This document shows positions 42,165 to 52,896 of a stretch of DNA of 64,000 bases, piece after piece; positions within the stretch are counted from its first letter, which is position 1; the number at the start of each line of letters is the position of its first letter. The notes below the pieces were generated by a model. It ran no database searches and was not told the origin of the DNA. It saw nothing but the letters and a program-made list of their open reading frames with translations. Made by a program: the position numbers and the translations under genes. This DNA is from Waddliaceae bacterium (lineage in GTDB: Bacteria > Chlamydiota > Chlamydiia > Chlamydiales > SLFE01), in NCBI GenBank assembly GCA_963771045.1, contig CAVYRW010000004.1, positions 2,225,202 through 2,289,201 of the forward strand, in the 5' to 3' direction.

Positions 42165-44108
42165 ATGCATTGGGAATTTCCGGAAGAGTTTGACGTCCTC
42201 GTCATAGGCGGCGGTCACGCAGGTTGTGAAGCTGCGCTCGCCCCTGCCCGGATGGGCTGCAAAACTCTGCTGCTGTCCATGTCCCTCGATACTATAGCCA
42301 AAATGAGCTGCAATCCCGCCATCGGAGGAACAGCCAAAGGGCATATGGTGCGGGAAATCGATGCCCTCGGCGGCGAAATGGGAATGGCCGCCGATTTAAC
42401 CGGCATTCAGTTCCGCATGCTCAACGACACAAAAGGACCCGCTGTCTGGGCTCCCCGCTGCCAAAGCGACAGGGTCGCCTACCAGTTCGCCATGCGGCAC
42501 CGACTGGAAAAACAGCCCAATCTTTACCTGAAACAAGGCGCTGCCCAGGACCTCATCGTCGAAGATGGCAGAGTGAAAGGGGTCATTGACCAAAGAAGGA
42601 ATCGCCTACCGCTCTAAAACGGTTATCATCAGCTCCGGCACCTTCATGCGGGGGCTCATCCATATCGGCGAGCAAAGCCTCGAAGGAGGACGCGCAGGCG
42701 ACGCCCCCTCCATAGGCCTATCCGCAAGTCTTAGCGGCTGGGGCTGAAATTAGGGAGGCTGAAAACGGGAACTCCTCCAAGAATCCACCGCCGTTCCATT
42801 GATTTCAGCGAAACCGAAGAGCAGCCCGGGAATGGACGGGGTCCGCTTTTCCTATGACAGCGAAGGGCTGCCCCGTTTGCCGCAAGTCCCCTGCCATATC
42901 ACCTACACGACAGCCGAAACGAAAAAAATTATTCAAGATAATATTCACCGGTCGCCGCTCTTTTCAGGAAAAATCCGATCGATCGGCCCCCGATACTGTC
43001 CCTCGATCGAGGATAAGGTTTCCCGCTTTGCCGACAAAGAGAGGCATCAGATCTTCCTAGAACCCGAAGGACTTCAGACCGAGGAAATCTATGTAAACGG
43101 CGTCTCCTCGTCGCTCCCCTTTGATGTGCAGCTTGAGTTCATCCGAAGCATTCCCGGCTCTTCGTCAATGCCGAAATTACCCGGGCCGCCTACGCCATCG
43201 AATACGACTATGTTCTGAGCGGCCAGATCTCAAACTCCCTGCAAACCCACGCGATAAAAGGGCTCTTTTTGGCCGGCCAGATCAACGGAACCACCGGCTA
43301 CGAGGAAGCGGCTGCGCAAGGACTGATTGCCGGCATCAACGCCGCCTGCCTCATTTTAGGAAAAGAGCCGTTTGTCCTGGGCCGCTCCGAAGCCTACATC
43401 GGAGTGATGATCGACGACCTCATCACAAAAGGGATCGACGAACCCTACCGCATGTTCACAAGCCGCGCCGAGTACCGCCTTCTCCTCCGGCAGGACAACG
43501 CCGACCTCCGTTTAAGAGAAAAAGGGTACCGGCTGGGACTGATCGACTCCGCCCGCTTTGAAAAACTTCAGAAGAAAAAAGCCATCATTGAACAGGAAAT
43601 CGGACGTTTCAAAAAGACCTTCAAACAAGTCAACGGGAAAGGGTATTCCCTCGCTCAGCTGCTCCTGCGTCCCGAAAACACCTACGATATCCTCCTGAAA
43701 CAATTTCCTGGGGATTTTACCGACTACGGACCCGAAATCAACTTCCAACTGGAGATGATCAAATACGAAGGGTATATCGAAAGGCAAAAAATCGAAGTGA
43801 AAAAACTCTCTCACATAGAAAATGTTCGCATTCCCAAAGATTTTGATTATACTTCGGTCACGGGCCTGAGAACCGAGGCCAGGCAAAAACTGTCTCAACT
43901 GAAACCGGCAAACCTGGGGCAGGCTTCGCGCATTCCCGGCATCTCGCCCGCAGACATATCCGTTTTGCTTGTCGGATTCAAAGCGCTGGAGAAAAACCGT
44001 GACTCTCATCCATCTGGTCAGACTACGCAATATTCCTATCCTGCAGCAGCTGCAAATCGAAGAGGCGCTGATCCGCGCCGACGATCGAAACTGGTGCCTG
44101 ATCAATGA
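42165..44108 (+). pseudogene. mnmG: tRNA uridine-5-carboxymethylaminomethyl modification enzyme MnmG/GidA, at least 4 frame disruptions
   Basis: ORFs 42165-42617, 42799-43218 and 43269-44108, plus an unlisted segment, join into a full MnmG ([16 protein letters not shown]...[14 protein letters not shown]...[11 protein letters not shown]...[13 protein letters not shown]...AIEYDYV...[18 protein letters not shown]...). Frame changes fall near 42590, 42745, 42828 and 43158. The 3' end is uncertain. Confidence 0.8.
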
Positions 44109-44682
44109 CGGCTCCACCGACGCCATTGTCATGGGCATCTCTGGAAAACCTAAGCTTCTGATCCATCCCACAACGCTCCCTGTCATCCGCCGTTTCAGCG
44201 GAGGGGGAACCGTTCTCGTCGATGACAATACCTGTTTTGCCACCGTCATTTGCAACCACTCGGCTTTGAGCGTCAAACCCTTTCCCAAACACATCCTCGC
44301 ATGGAACGGCAGCCTTCATTCAGCCCTTTCCGGATTTTCGATCGAAGAAAATGACTACACCCTTTTCGGAAAAAAATTCGGCGGCAACGCGCAATACATC
44401 ACAAAAAATCGCTGGCTTCATCACTCCACTCTTCTTTGGGACTTCGACTCGCAAAAAATGAAAACCCTGAAATTTCCGCCCAAATCGCCCAAGTACCGAG
44501 AGGGACGTTCTCACGACGAGTTTTTGTGCAGGCTGAAAGAAGCCTTTCCCAATAAAGAAAGCCTCTTTACCAATATCATTCACGCTTTAAATCGAAATTT
44601 TGTTGTCAAAGAAGTTCCTGCGTCAACCCTGACTCATCTGACTGCCATTCCCCACAGAAAGTCGACAACTGTTGTCAGTTGA
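43969..44682 (+). CDS. lplA: lipoate-protein ligase / octanoyltransferase family (BPL_LplA_LipB domain)
   Basis: Motifs [12 protein letters not shown] and [25 protein letters not shown]. The real start may be the GTG at 43999. It follows mnmG, as in Chlamydia. Confidence 0.65.
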   Translation: MSDSKRWRKTVTLIHLVRLRNIPILQQLQIEEALIRADDRNWCLINDGSTDAIVMGISGKPKLLIHPTTLPVIRRFSGGGTVLVDDNTCFATVICNHSALSVKPFPKHILAWNGSLHSALSGFSIEENDYTLFGKKFGGNAQYITKNRWLHHSTLLWDFDSQKMKTLKFPPKSPKYREGRSHDEFLCRLKEAFPNKESLFTNIIHALNRNFVVKEVPASTLTHLTAIPHRKSTTVVS

Positions 44683-44887
44683 TAAAAAAAAGCCGCCGCT
44701 TGGGTCGTGTGCTAGCTTTTGTCAAACTGGTTTGAACAGGTGGGTCCATTTCCCGAAAAAAAATCTCTTCTTTTCAGCGTCATGGTCCCTATTATTTAAA
44801 ATACCTTGAACCTAAACTAGCTACAAAAGTCGCCCAAGCGGCAGACATATCTGCATCTACTCTTATTATAACTCATTCGAGCTTTTT

Positions 44888-45808
44888 CTAAAAATGCTCA
44901 AAGGGGCCTGGAACCACATTCACCGACTTCCCATCACGTAGATAAACAAAAGTTCCGGCCTCAGCGGTCAACTCTCCGACGGCATGCAAATTCAAGTCCT
45001 GAAGCTGCTTGAAAAGGTCCACATCAAGAGAGGCAAGAAGGCAATAATCCTCCCCGCCCGAGACGGCAAAATTTTCCGCCCCGTCTTCAGCATAGCTTCT
45101 CAGCTCGCGGGATATCGGCAGTTTGTCCAAAAAGATTTTTGCGCCGCACCCCGAAGCTTTTGCCAGCCTCTGCACATCGACGTGAAGCCCGTCGGACAAA
45201 TCCATCATCGCACCCACTCCTCCATAGCCGGCCAGACGCTCCCCTTCTTTCAAATGGGCCCGAGGGCGGATATGTTTTTCAATGAGGGTTCCCTTCCCGG
45301 CGTGCAATAACTGCCTAAGACCTGCCGCAGAGTCGCCTAAAAAACCTGTAACGCATAAAATATCTCCCGGCTTCCCTCCCGACCTCGTCTTGATTTTTCG
45401 CGCTTTCCCAAACACCGTCAGAGTCAGAAAAAGATTTTGCTCCGACTTGACAATATCCCCTCCAAGCAGGGGGACGGCTGCTTCATCGAGCGCCTCTTTC
45501 ACGCCCTCAAAGATATGTTCCACCTGAAAAAAGTCGGCAGGCAGCGCGCAGGATAGATAGACGGAATGGAGCCTTCCTCCCATTGCGGCGATATCGCTGA
45601 AATTGACCATCGCCAGCTTATAGCCCAAATCCTCCATAGAGATCTTATCCCTAAGAAAATGGGTCCCTTCAACCATGGAATCGGTTGTCACAAGCCAAAA
45701 GCCCCCTGACTCATCGGGAAACGCCGCGCAGTCATCGCCGATTCCCAGATAATTTGCAGGAGGCTGAAAACGATTCTGTAATAATTGTATAATCGCGTCT
45801 TCTTTCAA
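44888..45808 (-). CDS. thiL: thiamine-monophosphate kinase (AIR-synthase-related family)
   Basis: 306 aa with LGIGDDCAAF, VTTDSMVEGTHF and NFSDIAAMGG. Confidence 0.75.
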   Translation of the reverse strand: MKEDAIIQLLQNRFQPPANYLGIGDDCAAFPDESGGFWLVTTDSMVEGTHFLRDKISMEDLGYKLAMVNFSDIAAMGGRLHSVYLSCALPADFFQVEHIFEGVKEALDEAAVPLLGGDIVKSEQNLFLTLTVFGKARKIKTRSGGKPGDILCVTGFLGDSAAGLRQLLHAGKGTLIEKHIRPRAHLKEGERLAGYGGVGAMMDLSDGLHVDVQRLAKASGCGAKIFLDKLPISRELRSYAEDGAENFAVSGGEDYCLLASLDVDLFKQLQDLNLHAVGELTAEAGTFVYLRDGKSVNVVPGPFEHF

Positions 45809-46833
45809 AGCCAGCTGATGTTTCCTTTTACCATTTCGACTTCCTCTTTAGTAAGAAGCTTCGGATCTTTAGAGATCTTACTCCACTTGACAGGATTATT
45901 AACATCATTTAGTAGATCACTTATTTTTATGTATTTATCAGTCCCGTCTTGCTTCAGATAATCACTAATAACAGCCTCAAACATGATAGTGAAAAACCTC
46001 TTTTCCCAACCGGTTTTGCTCTTTCTCTTTTTATAGCGCTTTATCAACTCAGATGGATTATTTTGAAAACACTTGACCATACCATTATTTTTAATAAAAG
46101 ATTCGAATTCATTATCATCTGCCCCTTCAATAATTTCTACTGCTTGCTCGTACCAGTCACTCCTGCTTAGAAGTACGCGTTTGAAAATCTCTTTTTTATC
46201 GTCGTCGAGTTTTTTGTAAAATTCAAGTTTATCTTTATTACCAAAAAAAACATCCTCTTTCATCTCAAAAATGACGTCATTTAAGGCCTTTGTGAATCTT
46301 TCCTCCGACAACCCATTGATCTCTTTCATTATTTTATCACCAAAGTGGAGTGAGGATTTCTTAATAATCCATTCAATTTTGCAAAAAATAAGCTGCTTTT
46401 GAATTTTTTTATCAACTTCATTCATTTCTGAGGCAAGTTTAAGACCCCATTCACCTTTTGTTTTAAATCCATGTCCTTTACGCCACTGGCGAAATTTATG
46501 GAAAATTTTATGGATCCAAGAAAAGTTGCTTTCCTTTTGACTGATCCGCTCGTAAGCCAGCTCTGATAATTTATGAGCCACAGAAGTGCGATAATCCGAT
46601 CGGGTCTTAGGGCTTTCTAACCGATCAAGATTTTCTTCAACAATTGTTAGAAATTCCCCATAATTAAAATTAAGATCCTTTTTATAATTTTTATAGGTTT
46701 CTTGAAATTCTTGGATGGCTTGTTGTACAGCATCCCCCTTTAATTTCTCAAGTCCTTGTGGTTCAAGATTCTCTGAAATATCGTTAACGGAAAAAATGAT
46801 AATATCATCTAATTCACTAAAATTAATATTCAT
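45805..46833 (-). CDS. hypothetical protein (AT-rich orphan)
   Basis: 342-aa ORF, Lys/Glu-rich, with no motif recognised. Its stop overlaps the thiL start (ATGA). It is visibly more AT-rich than thiL. Confidence 0.5.
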   Translation of the reverse strand: MNINFSELDDIIIFSVNDISENLEPQGLEKLKGDAVQQAIQEFQETYKNYKKDLNFNYGEFLTIVEENLDRLESPKTRSDYRTSVAHKLSELAYERISQKESNFSWIHKIFHKFRQWRKGHGFKTKGEWGLKLASEMNEVDKKIQKQLIFCKIEWIIKKSSLHFGDKIMKEINGLSEERFTKALNDVIFEMKEDVFFGNKDKLEFYKKLDDDKKEIFKRVLLSRSDWYEQAVEIIEGADDNEFESFIKNNGMVKCFQNNPSELIKRYKKRKSKTGWEKRFFTIMFEAVISDYLKQDGTDKYIKISDLLNDVNNPVKWSKISKDPKLLTKEEVEMVKGNISWL

Positions 46834-46984
46834 AGCTTTAGCCTCATAATTTTAATTATATTATAACATTATTAAAATTATATAAACACAAAAATAATAA
46901 TTTACAAATACATCTCTATAGTTAATAACTGATATTAAGTGGGTTACTATATCAGAAGTAACAGGCGATAAAGCAAGAAGAAAC

Positions 46985-47045
46985 GGCCAGACCCGGAATC
47001 GAGCTGGGAACACAAGGATTTTCAGCCCTCTGATTCTACTGAATG
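46985..47045 (-). pseudogene. degenerate partial copy of tRNA-Phe
   Basis: ~60 nt with roughly 85% identity by eye to 47233-47295, in the same orientation. The D-arm and acceptor are not foldable, and the T-stem carries a mismatch. Confidence 0.6.
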
Positions 47046-47074
47046 GACCGTGGAGTTCTTGTTATAACCATTTT

Positions 47075-47143
47075 AACAGATGGACGGCAAAGGAAATTTG
47101 GGAGCAGGTTTGGGATGCCCTTAAAGTGGACACAATGAAATGA
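47075..47143 (+). pseudogene. possible IS5-family orfA fragment
   Basis: NRWTAKEIWEQVWDALKVDTMK* resembles the ..RFRRWSLNGVWEKIWGIL.. block of the IS427-like OrfA in this window. Confidence 0.3.
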
Positions 47144-47230
47144 CCGATGATGATACAGAGGCCTTGCAAATTCCCAATCTTAAACATTTAAATGACAGAT
47201 CAGAGTCTTGAAAAAGGGGTACAGTAAGAA

Positions 47231-47304
<74 letters not shown>

Positions 47305-47355
47305 GAGTGATTAAACACAATAAAATATCAAAAGTTATTGCGCAAGGAAAAACAA

Positions 47356-49302
47356 TTATTCGTAAGCTCCCACATTATCCCGATTGAGCTTGGAGTGGAG
47401 CCTGATCATGTCTTCCACGATGCTTACCGCCTCGCTCATTTGCTGCTGCGGCGAGTAGCCTTCGCCACTGACAAAATGTAATCTCTTCTGGCTATCAGCT
47501 CTAAGCTCGGGAAGCATTTTTTGCCAGGAAGTTTTTTTCGGCTGAAGCGTCGGGAGATAATACCGAAAAAACCAGGGCCTGGCCTCGGAATCGATATCGC
47601 TGAGCTTATCGATATAAGCCGGTTCAATATTGTCCGAATTCAAATGGGTTTTCAAATATTTTTCACCGATATCCTCGTAAACATATTCGCTCGGCACCGC
47701 AATATCGGCGATCACCCCCTTAAGTTGGGGGGTTTTTCCGGAAACCGTATAATATTTGCCGACTGTCACCTTGAAATACGACGAGTCCTCATCGCCGGTC
47801 ACTGTCTGACTTTGTATCGTCCCTTTGCCGAAGGAGCGATCGTCTCCAACTATCACGGCAACACCATAGTCCTGAAGCGCCTGGGCAACTATTTCGGCAG
47901 CAGAAGCGGTAAAACGGGAAATGAGGACAACAAGGGGGCCTTCATAGTAGGTTTTGCCGTCAACGTCGCGGTAGTAATGTTTATCGCCGTCGTGATATTT
48001 GGAAATGACAATCACACCGTTGGTAATGAACAGGCCGGCCACTTTCACAGCTTCGGAGAGATAGCCGCCTGAATTATCCCGCAAATCCAAAATAAGCCCC
48101 TTCAGATGCCCCTCTTTTTTCAAATCGGCTATGGCTTTCCGCACATCGCCCTCGCTGCTAATACCGCGGCCATTTTTATAAAAAGAATGGAGGGTAATTT
48201 CTCCGATAATCCCATCTTCAAAGGGGACAAAGCCGGTTATGACGCGATCTTCATCGGACATGATCATTTGCCGGGTGAGGTTGACTTTGTAAATGGCTCC
48301 TGCCTGGGGGCGTTTAAAAGTAAGGGCAACAGACTGCCCCTCGACTCCTTCGAGCATTTTCATCACAGTCGAAAAAGAATATTTTTCGATAGGGGTGCCG
48401 TTGACGGCATAAAGAAAATCCCCTTCATGGATTTTACCGCTGTTCGCAGCGGGAGTATTCTGCTGGATTTTTTTGACGACAATCCCGTCGAGATTTTCCT
48501 CAAAATCAATTCCTGTTCCGGGATAACCTTTCAAAAGACGGGAGCGCATATCGTAGGCTTCCGAGTTGCTAATCACGCTTGTATGAGAATCGAGGCTTCT
48601 GGATAAGGCTTTCAAAACATGCAAAGTGAATTGGTGCTCCCTTTGTTTGGAAGGCAGAGGTTTTCCGTCATTGTCGACATAAAGATAGCCTCTTTCCCAA
48701 TCATTTCTCATGCTATCGTAGCGGTCTAAAATATGCTGCTTATGCGTATTGACAGCCTCTTCGCCGTAGCGCTGCCTCTGCAGCTCGATGAAATCCATGA
48801 TATCTTCTTGCACCAGCCTTTTCAAATCTTTCTGATCCTTCACGTAATCCTTCCTGGGAAATGAAGAATAATAGCCTGGCCCCAATTGATCCTGAAAAAG
48901 AGAATTTGGATGAGACATCAAATCCTTGCGGATGCGCTGCTGTCTTTGAATCGCCTTGTCGACTAAAGCATCGATTTTTCTAAACGGAGAATAATCCTGT
49001 TTTTTATAATCGGCAAGATATTGCCGGATCTCAGAATCCGAAGGATTCAAATAAGGCTGCACTTCCGAGTGCAAAAAATAAATATGACGCAAGTCGAATT
49101 GCTGCAAATAAAGCTGCAGAGAATCTTTTAAAATTTTATCGGTCATGTGGTTTTTATCGATATGCTGCTCGAAAATTTCACCCATGACATGGTTGATATC
49201 GCTTTTTTGGAGATATTCGACCGGCTGGGAATAAACCGGAGAAATCGTAAAAATCCACAAAATTATCGTCAATTGCAGAAATAATGCCTTAAATCGAACC
49301 AT
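47356..49302 (-). CDS. ctp: tail-specific (C-terminal processing) protease, S41 family
   Basis: 648 aa. It has a signal peptide, a PDZ-like region (GTGIDFEENLDGIVVKKI...GDFLYAVNG), LILDLRDNSGGYL and SASAAEIVA. Size and position near rpsL match Chlamydia Tsp. Confidence 0.85.
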   Translation of the reverse strand: MVRFKALFLQLTIILWIFTISPVYSQPVEYLQKSDINHVMGEIFEQHIDKNHMTDKILKDSLQLYLQQFDLRHIYFLHSEVQPYLNPSDSEIRQYLADYKKQDYSPFRKIDALVDKAIQRQQRIRKDLMSHPNSLFQDQLGPGYYSSFPRKDYVKDQKDLKRLVQEDIMDFIELQRQRYGEEAVNTHKQHILDRYDSMRNDWERGYLYVDNDGKPLPSKQREHQFTLHVLKALSRSLDSHTSVISNSEAYDMRSRLLKGYPGTGIDFEENLDGIVVKKIQQNTPAANSGKIHEGDFLYAVNGTPIEKYSFSTVMKMLEGVEGQSVALTFKRPQAGAIYKVNLTRQMIMSDEDRVITGFVPFEDGIIGEITLHSFYKNGRGISSEGDVRKAIADLKKEGHLKGLILDLRDNSGGYLSEAVKVAGLFITNGVIVISKYHDGDKHYYRDVDGKTYYEGPLVVLISRFTASAAEIVAQALQDYGVAVIVGDDRSFGKGTIQSQTVTGDEDSSYFKVTVGKYYTVSGKTPQLKGVIADIAVPSEYVYEDIGEKYLKTHLNSDNIEPAYIDKLSDIDSEARPWFFRYYLPTLQPKKTSWQKMLPELRADSQKRLHFVSGEGYSPQQQMSEAVSIVEDMIRLHSKLNRDNVGAYE

Positions 49303-49398
49303 TTCGACCCCAATAATTCCCTCTTATCTTAGTATAACATTTTATCTAAAAAAGTGATATTCTTATCAAATTGGGTTTATGGTATTATACCAATTACT

Positions 49399-50148
49399 AT
49401 GAAAATCAAGAATTTCGAACAAAATACTCTCGTACTGGATAATTTTGAAGGGCCGCTGGCCTTCCTTCATTATTTAGTGCAAAAGAGCGAGATCGACATC
49501 TCCGATATCTCGATGCAGCAGATCACAGACCAGTATCTCCAGTATCTTATCGACCGGCAGCTTTTCGATCTCAATGCCGGAGCCGAGTTCATAGACCATA
49601 CCGGAGCCATGATATGGCTCAAGAGCAAAATGCTGCTTCCCCATAGCCTCGGCGATGATGAAATCGATGCCGATCTGGAAAAATGTCCCTTTGATATCAT
49701 CCCGCAGCTTATTGAGTATTGCCGCTTTAAAGACTTTGCCAAACAGCTCGGCCACAAAGAGCAGGGGCAAGATGCCCACTATCAAAGAGGCATGCTCCCC
49801 TGCCCGGACGACTTCCCCAAGCCTCTCGGCATTGAAAGAATAAAAATCGACGAACTCGAAGCGCTCTTCCTCGACTTGCTTGAAAAAGCCGATCAAAAAA
49901 AGAAACAGGTGATTAGGGAGGAAGCCTTTCTTGTTTCGGATAAAATAGACAGCATCCGCCTCAAATTAAAAACGGGAAAACGCATTCATTTCCACGTCCT
50001 TTTCTCGAAAGAGCCGTGCAGAGAAGAGGTCGTTGTAACGTTTCTCGCTATTTTGGAGCTGATGAAGATCGGTGAAATGATGGTTGCAAGAGAAGTTGAG
50101 ACGGGTAAAATAATCATAATAGGAATAAATGATGAGTCAGGAAATTAA
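49399..50148 (+). CDS. scpA: segregation and condensation protein A
   Basis: FEGPLAFLHYLVQKSEIDISDISMQQITDQYL is a ScpA N-terminal motif. The start is taken at MKIKNF. Confidence 0.8.
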   Translation: MKIKNFEQNTLVLDNFEGPLAFLHYLVQKSEIDISDISMQQITDQYLQYLIDRQLFDLNAGAEFIDHTGAMIWLKSKMLLPHSLGDDEIDADLEKCPFDIIPQLIEYCRFKDFAKQLGHKEQGQDAHYQRGMLPCPDDFPKPLGIERIKIDELEALFLDLLEKADQKKKQVIREEAFLVSDKIDSIRLKLKTGKRIHFHVLFSKEPCREEVVVTFLAILELMKIGEMMVAREVETGKIIIIGINDESGN

Positions 50149-50713
50149 TCACACAGAAGAAGAACTGGTCAGAAAGCACGCAAAGAAAATCATTGAGTCT
50201 CTTCTCTTTGCGGCAAATACACCCCTTTCGGTTCATAAAATTAAAGACATCCTTCAGAATTTTTATCCGTTTGCCTCCAAAGAGGTGATCGATCTTTTGC
50301 ATGAATTTAAACAGGACCTCCTTTCCGAAAAAAGGCCCCTCCAACTCGATGAAATCGCCGGCGGCTTCCTCTTGAGAACAAAAGAAGAATACTGCGATTA
50401 TGTCAGCAGGCTCTACAGGGATAAAAAAGCCGAAAGGCTCTCTCAAGCCGCTCGGGAAGTTCTGGCCATCATCGCCTTTAAGCAGCCCGTAACAAAACCG
50501 CAAATCGAAGCAGTCCGTGGAGTCGATTCCTCGGCGACGGTGCAAATGCTGATCGAAAAAGAACTTGTGGAAGCTGCAGGGCAGGCCGAGGCGCCGGGAA
50601 AACCGACTCTTTACGTTGTTTCCAGCCGCTTTTTACAGCACTTCGGACTCAAAAGCGTCGAAGACCTTTATGAAAAGCCCCCTCTCGATCAGGAATCTCT
50701 GGAGTTTAATTGA
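50129..50713 (+). CDS. scpB: segregation and condensation protein B
   Basis: Motifs IIESLLFAANTPLSV, LSQAAREVLAIIAFKQPVTKPQIEAVRGVDS and GKPTLY. Confidence 0.85.
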   Translation: MMSQEINHTEEELVRKHAKKIIESLLFAANTPLSVHKIKDILQNFYPFASKEVIDLLHEFKQDLLSEKRPLQLDEIAGGFLLRTKEEYCDYVSRLYRDKKAERLSQAAREVLAIIAFKQPVTKPQIEAVRGVDSSATVQMLIEKELVEAAGQAEAPGKPTLYVVSSRFLQHFGLKSVEDLYEKPPLDQESLEFN

Positions 50714-52797
50714 TTGTTGAATTGCCTGCGTACCGTATCGGCTGTTATTTCGGGATAGTAATCTTTGGTCGACTCAGTAAACTCTTCAGCAATGCGGCGG
50801 GCGGCGGGCAACACAAATTGATCCAGCATCAGCCAGTTCTTCCGACTTCTTTGCTTTTCCCTCTCGGAGATTTCCATTTTCATTGTCTGTTCGTATTTAG
50901 CCTCCTCCAAAGAAACCTTAAGCGCTCTGATTTGACGAAGAAAATTGACTTCTTTTCTTTGCCTGCCGAGAGTTTCTAAAATCGTCTTGAGATCCCGCCT
51001 GGGCTTTTGGTCTGCATTGTAGACATCTTGTTTTACTGACCCTTCCAGATCTTGCAAATTATGAAAAGCGTGAGTCCTTATCGTTTCTCTACTTTGCTCG
51101 TAATATTTTTTTTCTTCCAACAATTCCTTAGACCCGATAGGGCGGTGGACATTGAGGACTTCTTCCAAAAGTCTAATGGCTCTTCCGGGCTGTGAAAATT
51201 CGCTTTCCAACCTTTCCGACTCATTATAAATTTGTTCCAAAACAGAATCATCGATTATCTCGCCGGGGTTTAATTTGCGGCTCCTCTCCCTTAATACAAG
51301 CAGCGTCTTCTCCTTATCTGTAGGGGCAACATCGTACCTAAGAAGCGTTTGAATTTGATTATTGCCTTTAATTTCCGGGGCTTCAAAAGCGATGTCAGTC
51401 ATCGAAAAAATCACATAAGGGTAGCGCTCCCTCAGTTTGCTCAGCTGCTGCACGCAGCTGTTGTTATCTTTCTTCCACGCCTCATCGACATTGTGGATGC
51501 AGACTATCACCTTGTCTTTATGCCTTTTGGTCTGGGAGATAAAATGATCCAAAACTTCTCCTGCAGTCCGGCTGGGATGCGCAATCTTTTTTAAGTCCAG
51601 GGAATAAACCCTTTTTTTCTTGAGAAAATCAGGCACATCGCCAAGCACAATCCGTCGCGACAAGCCCCGCACAATACCGCTTTTACCAACGCCTAAAGGT
51701 CCTCTGAGAAGAATATGCCCTTTATTTTCAAGCAGCTGCACGACATCGCCAATCTCGCTCTGGCGCCCCGTCACGTATTCGGAGTCAGGGTGCTTCGCTT
51801 TTTGATTTTCATTCGTCCACTGGCTAATACTTGTCGGCAGGTCGCTAAAATGATTGTTGATCCATACCATTAAAGGATAGAGAATGATCAGAGCTAAAAT
51901 AATATTTCCGACCAATCCCAAAACCACACCGCCCAAAGCATATTGGGCAATGAATATCTCATAGCCGATAAATGTGTCGATAAGCCAGTGTATCGCCGCA
52001 AGGCAGACCAGCAGTTTCAAAGGCAGGGCCAGCGAAGAAATGCCGTCGCCTTTGATTTTCATGCTGGAGCCCAAAATCGACCCGCCTAAATTGAGATACA
52101 TTCTGGCAAAAGTCGTGATCAAATTTAAGAGAAATTTTCCCACTTCAGCAGAAACGGAATGAAGAAGAGGCTTTGCCGTCTCCTCCCAATAGATGCGGCT
52201 TTTGTGGAATTCCTTATCCTGAGTCATTTCAAAATCAACTTTTTCGATACTCATTTCACCAAGTTTCAAAAGCCTTTCAAACTCAAAGCAATCAAAAATC
52301 CGCAAGTTCATTGTCTTATCTTCGGTCAAATATTTATTGAACCCGTCTATAATAATTTTTTTAACCGTTTCCACATCCGCCCCGGCCAAAATGGCCGCTA
52401 TATCATCTTGCATAAATTCAAAGTATTCCGAACTCAAAGCTTTGATAATCAAATCACGGTCCTCGGATTGCAAAGTGCTGCCGGCATCCATAGCCTTTTT
52501 CAGCTTATGAATCTTCTCCTGCTCAGAAGAGTGCCACACGAAGACTCCCTTCAGAGTTTTCCATGAGCGGGAGGTTGCCTGCTTCATTTGTCCGGCAACT
52601 GTTTTGAAAAGGGTTGTTAAAGAATGAGGTTTTAATGATTTTTGTTTTAATAAATTAAAATTTAAATTTAAAGGTCCGAGATACTTAACAGCATTTGCAT
52701 TCATAACTATTACCATTGAAATTGAGAAATATAATCCTATTCCTTTATCATCTTTAAAAGCAACCTCACCTATCTTCCCCTTTGCATTAATTGACAA
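50689..52797 (-). CDS. membrane-anchored AAA+ ATPase with a ClpA/B NBD1-like domain
   Basis: GRQSEIGDVVQLLENKGHILLRGPLGVGKSGIVRGLSRRIVLGDVPDFLKKKRVYSLDL parallels the Clp NBD1 pattern (GRd.Ei..l...L.r..knn..L.Ge.GVGKTaiveGLa.rI..g.vP..L......sLD). Several hydrophobic TM-like helices lie upstream. The true start is probably internal. Confidence 0.6.
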   Translation of the reverse strand: MSINAKGKIGEVAFKDDKGIGLYFSISMVIVMNANAVKYLGPLNLNFNLLKQKSLKPHSLTTLFKTVAGQMKQATSRSWKTLKGVFVWHSSEQEKIHKLKKAMDAGSTLQSEDRDLIIKALSSEYFEFMQDDIAAILAGADVETVKKIIIDGFNKYLTEDKTMNLRIFDCFEFERLLKLGEMSIEKVDFEMTQDKEFHKSRIYWEETAKPLLHSVSAEVGKFLLNLITTFARMYLNLGGSILGSSMKIKGDGISSLALPLKLLVCLAAIHWLIDTFIGYEIFIAQYALGGVVLGLVGNIILALIILYPLMVWINNHFSDLPTSISQWTNENQKAKHPDSEYVTGRQSEIGDVVQLLENKGHILLRGPLGVGKSGIVRGLSRRIVLGDVPDFLKKKRVYSLDLKKIAHPSRTAGEVLDHFISQTKRHKDKVIVCIHNVDEAWKKDNNSCVQQLSKLRERYPYVIFSMTDIAFEAPEIKGNNQIQTLLRYDVAPTDKEKTLLVLRERSRKLNPGEIIDDSVLEQIYNESERLESEFSQPGRAIRLLEEVLNVHRPIGSKELLEEKKYYEQSRETIRTHAFHNLQDLEGSVKQDVYNADQKPRRDLKTILETLGRQRKEVNFLRQIRALKVSLEEAKYEQTMKMEISEREKQRSRKNWLMLDQFVLPAARRIAEEFTESTKDYYPEITADTVRRQFNNQLNSRDS

Positions 52798-52896
52798 TTT
52801 TCCCTATAATCCTTTATAGCTTGCCGTTTTTTCGGCAGATCTGGATTTAAATTTATTGAATCTGGATTTAAATTTATTAAGGAGAAGGCTGATAAC

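Noticed and set aside
44695-44842. A 10-13-bp inverted repeat (GCCGCTTGGG / CCCAAGCGGC) ~130 bp apart in the lplA-thiL convergent spacer, considered as a MITE or structured RNA.
   Set aside because: The repeat is short and imperfect beyond 10 bp, and there is no supporting feature. It cannot be distinguished from chance or a simple terminator region by eye.
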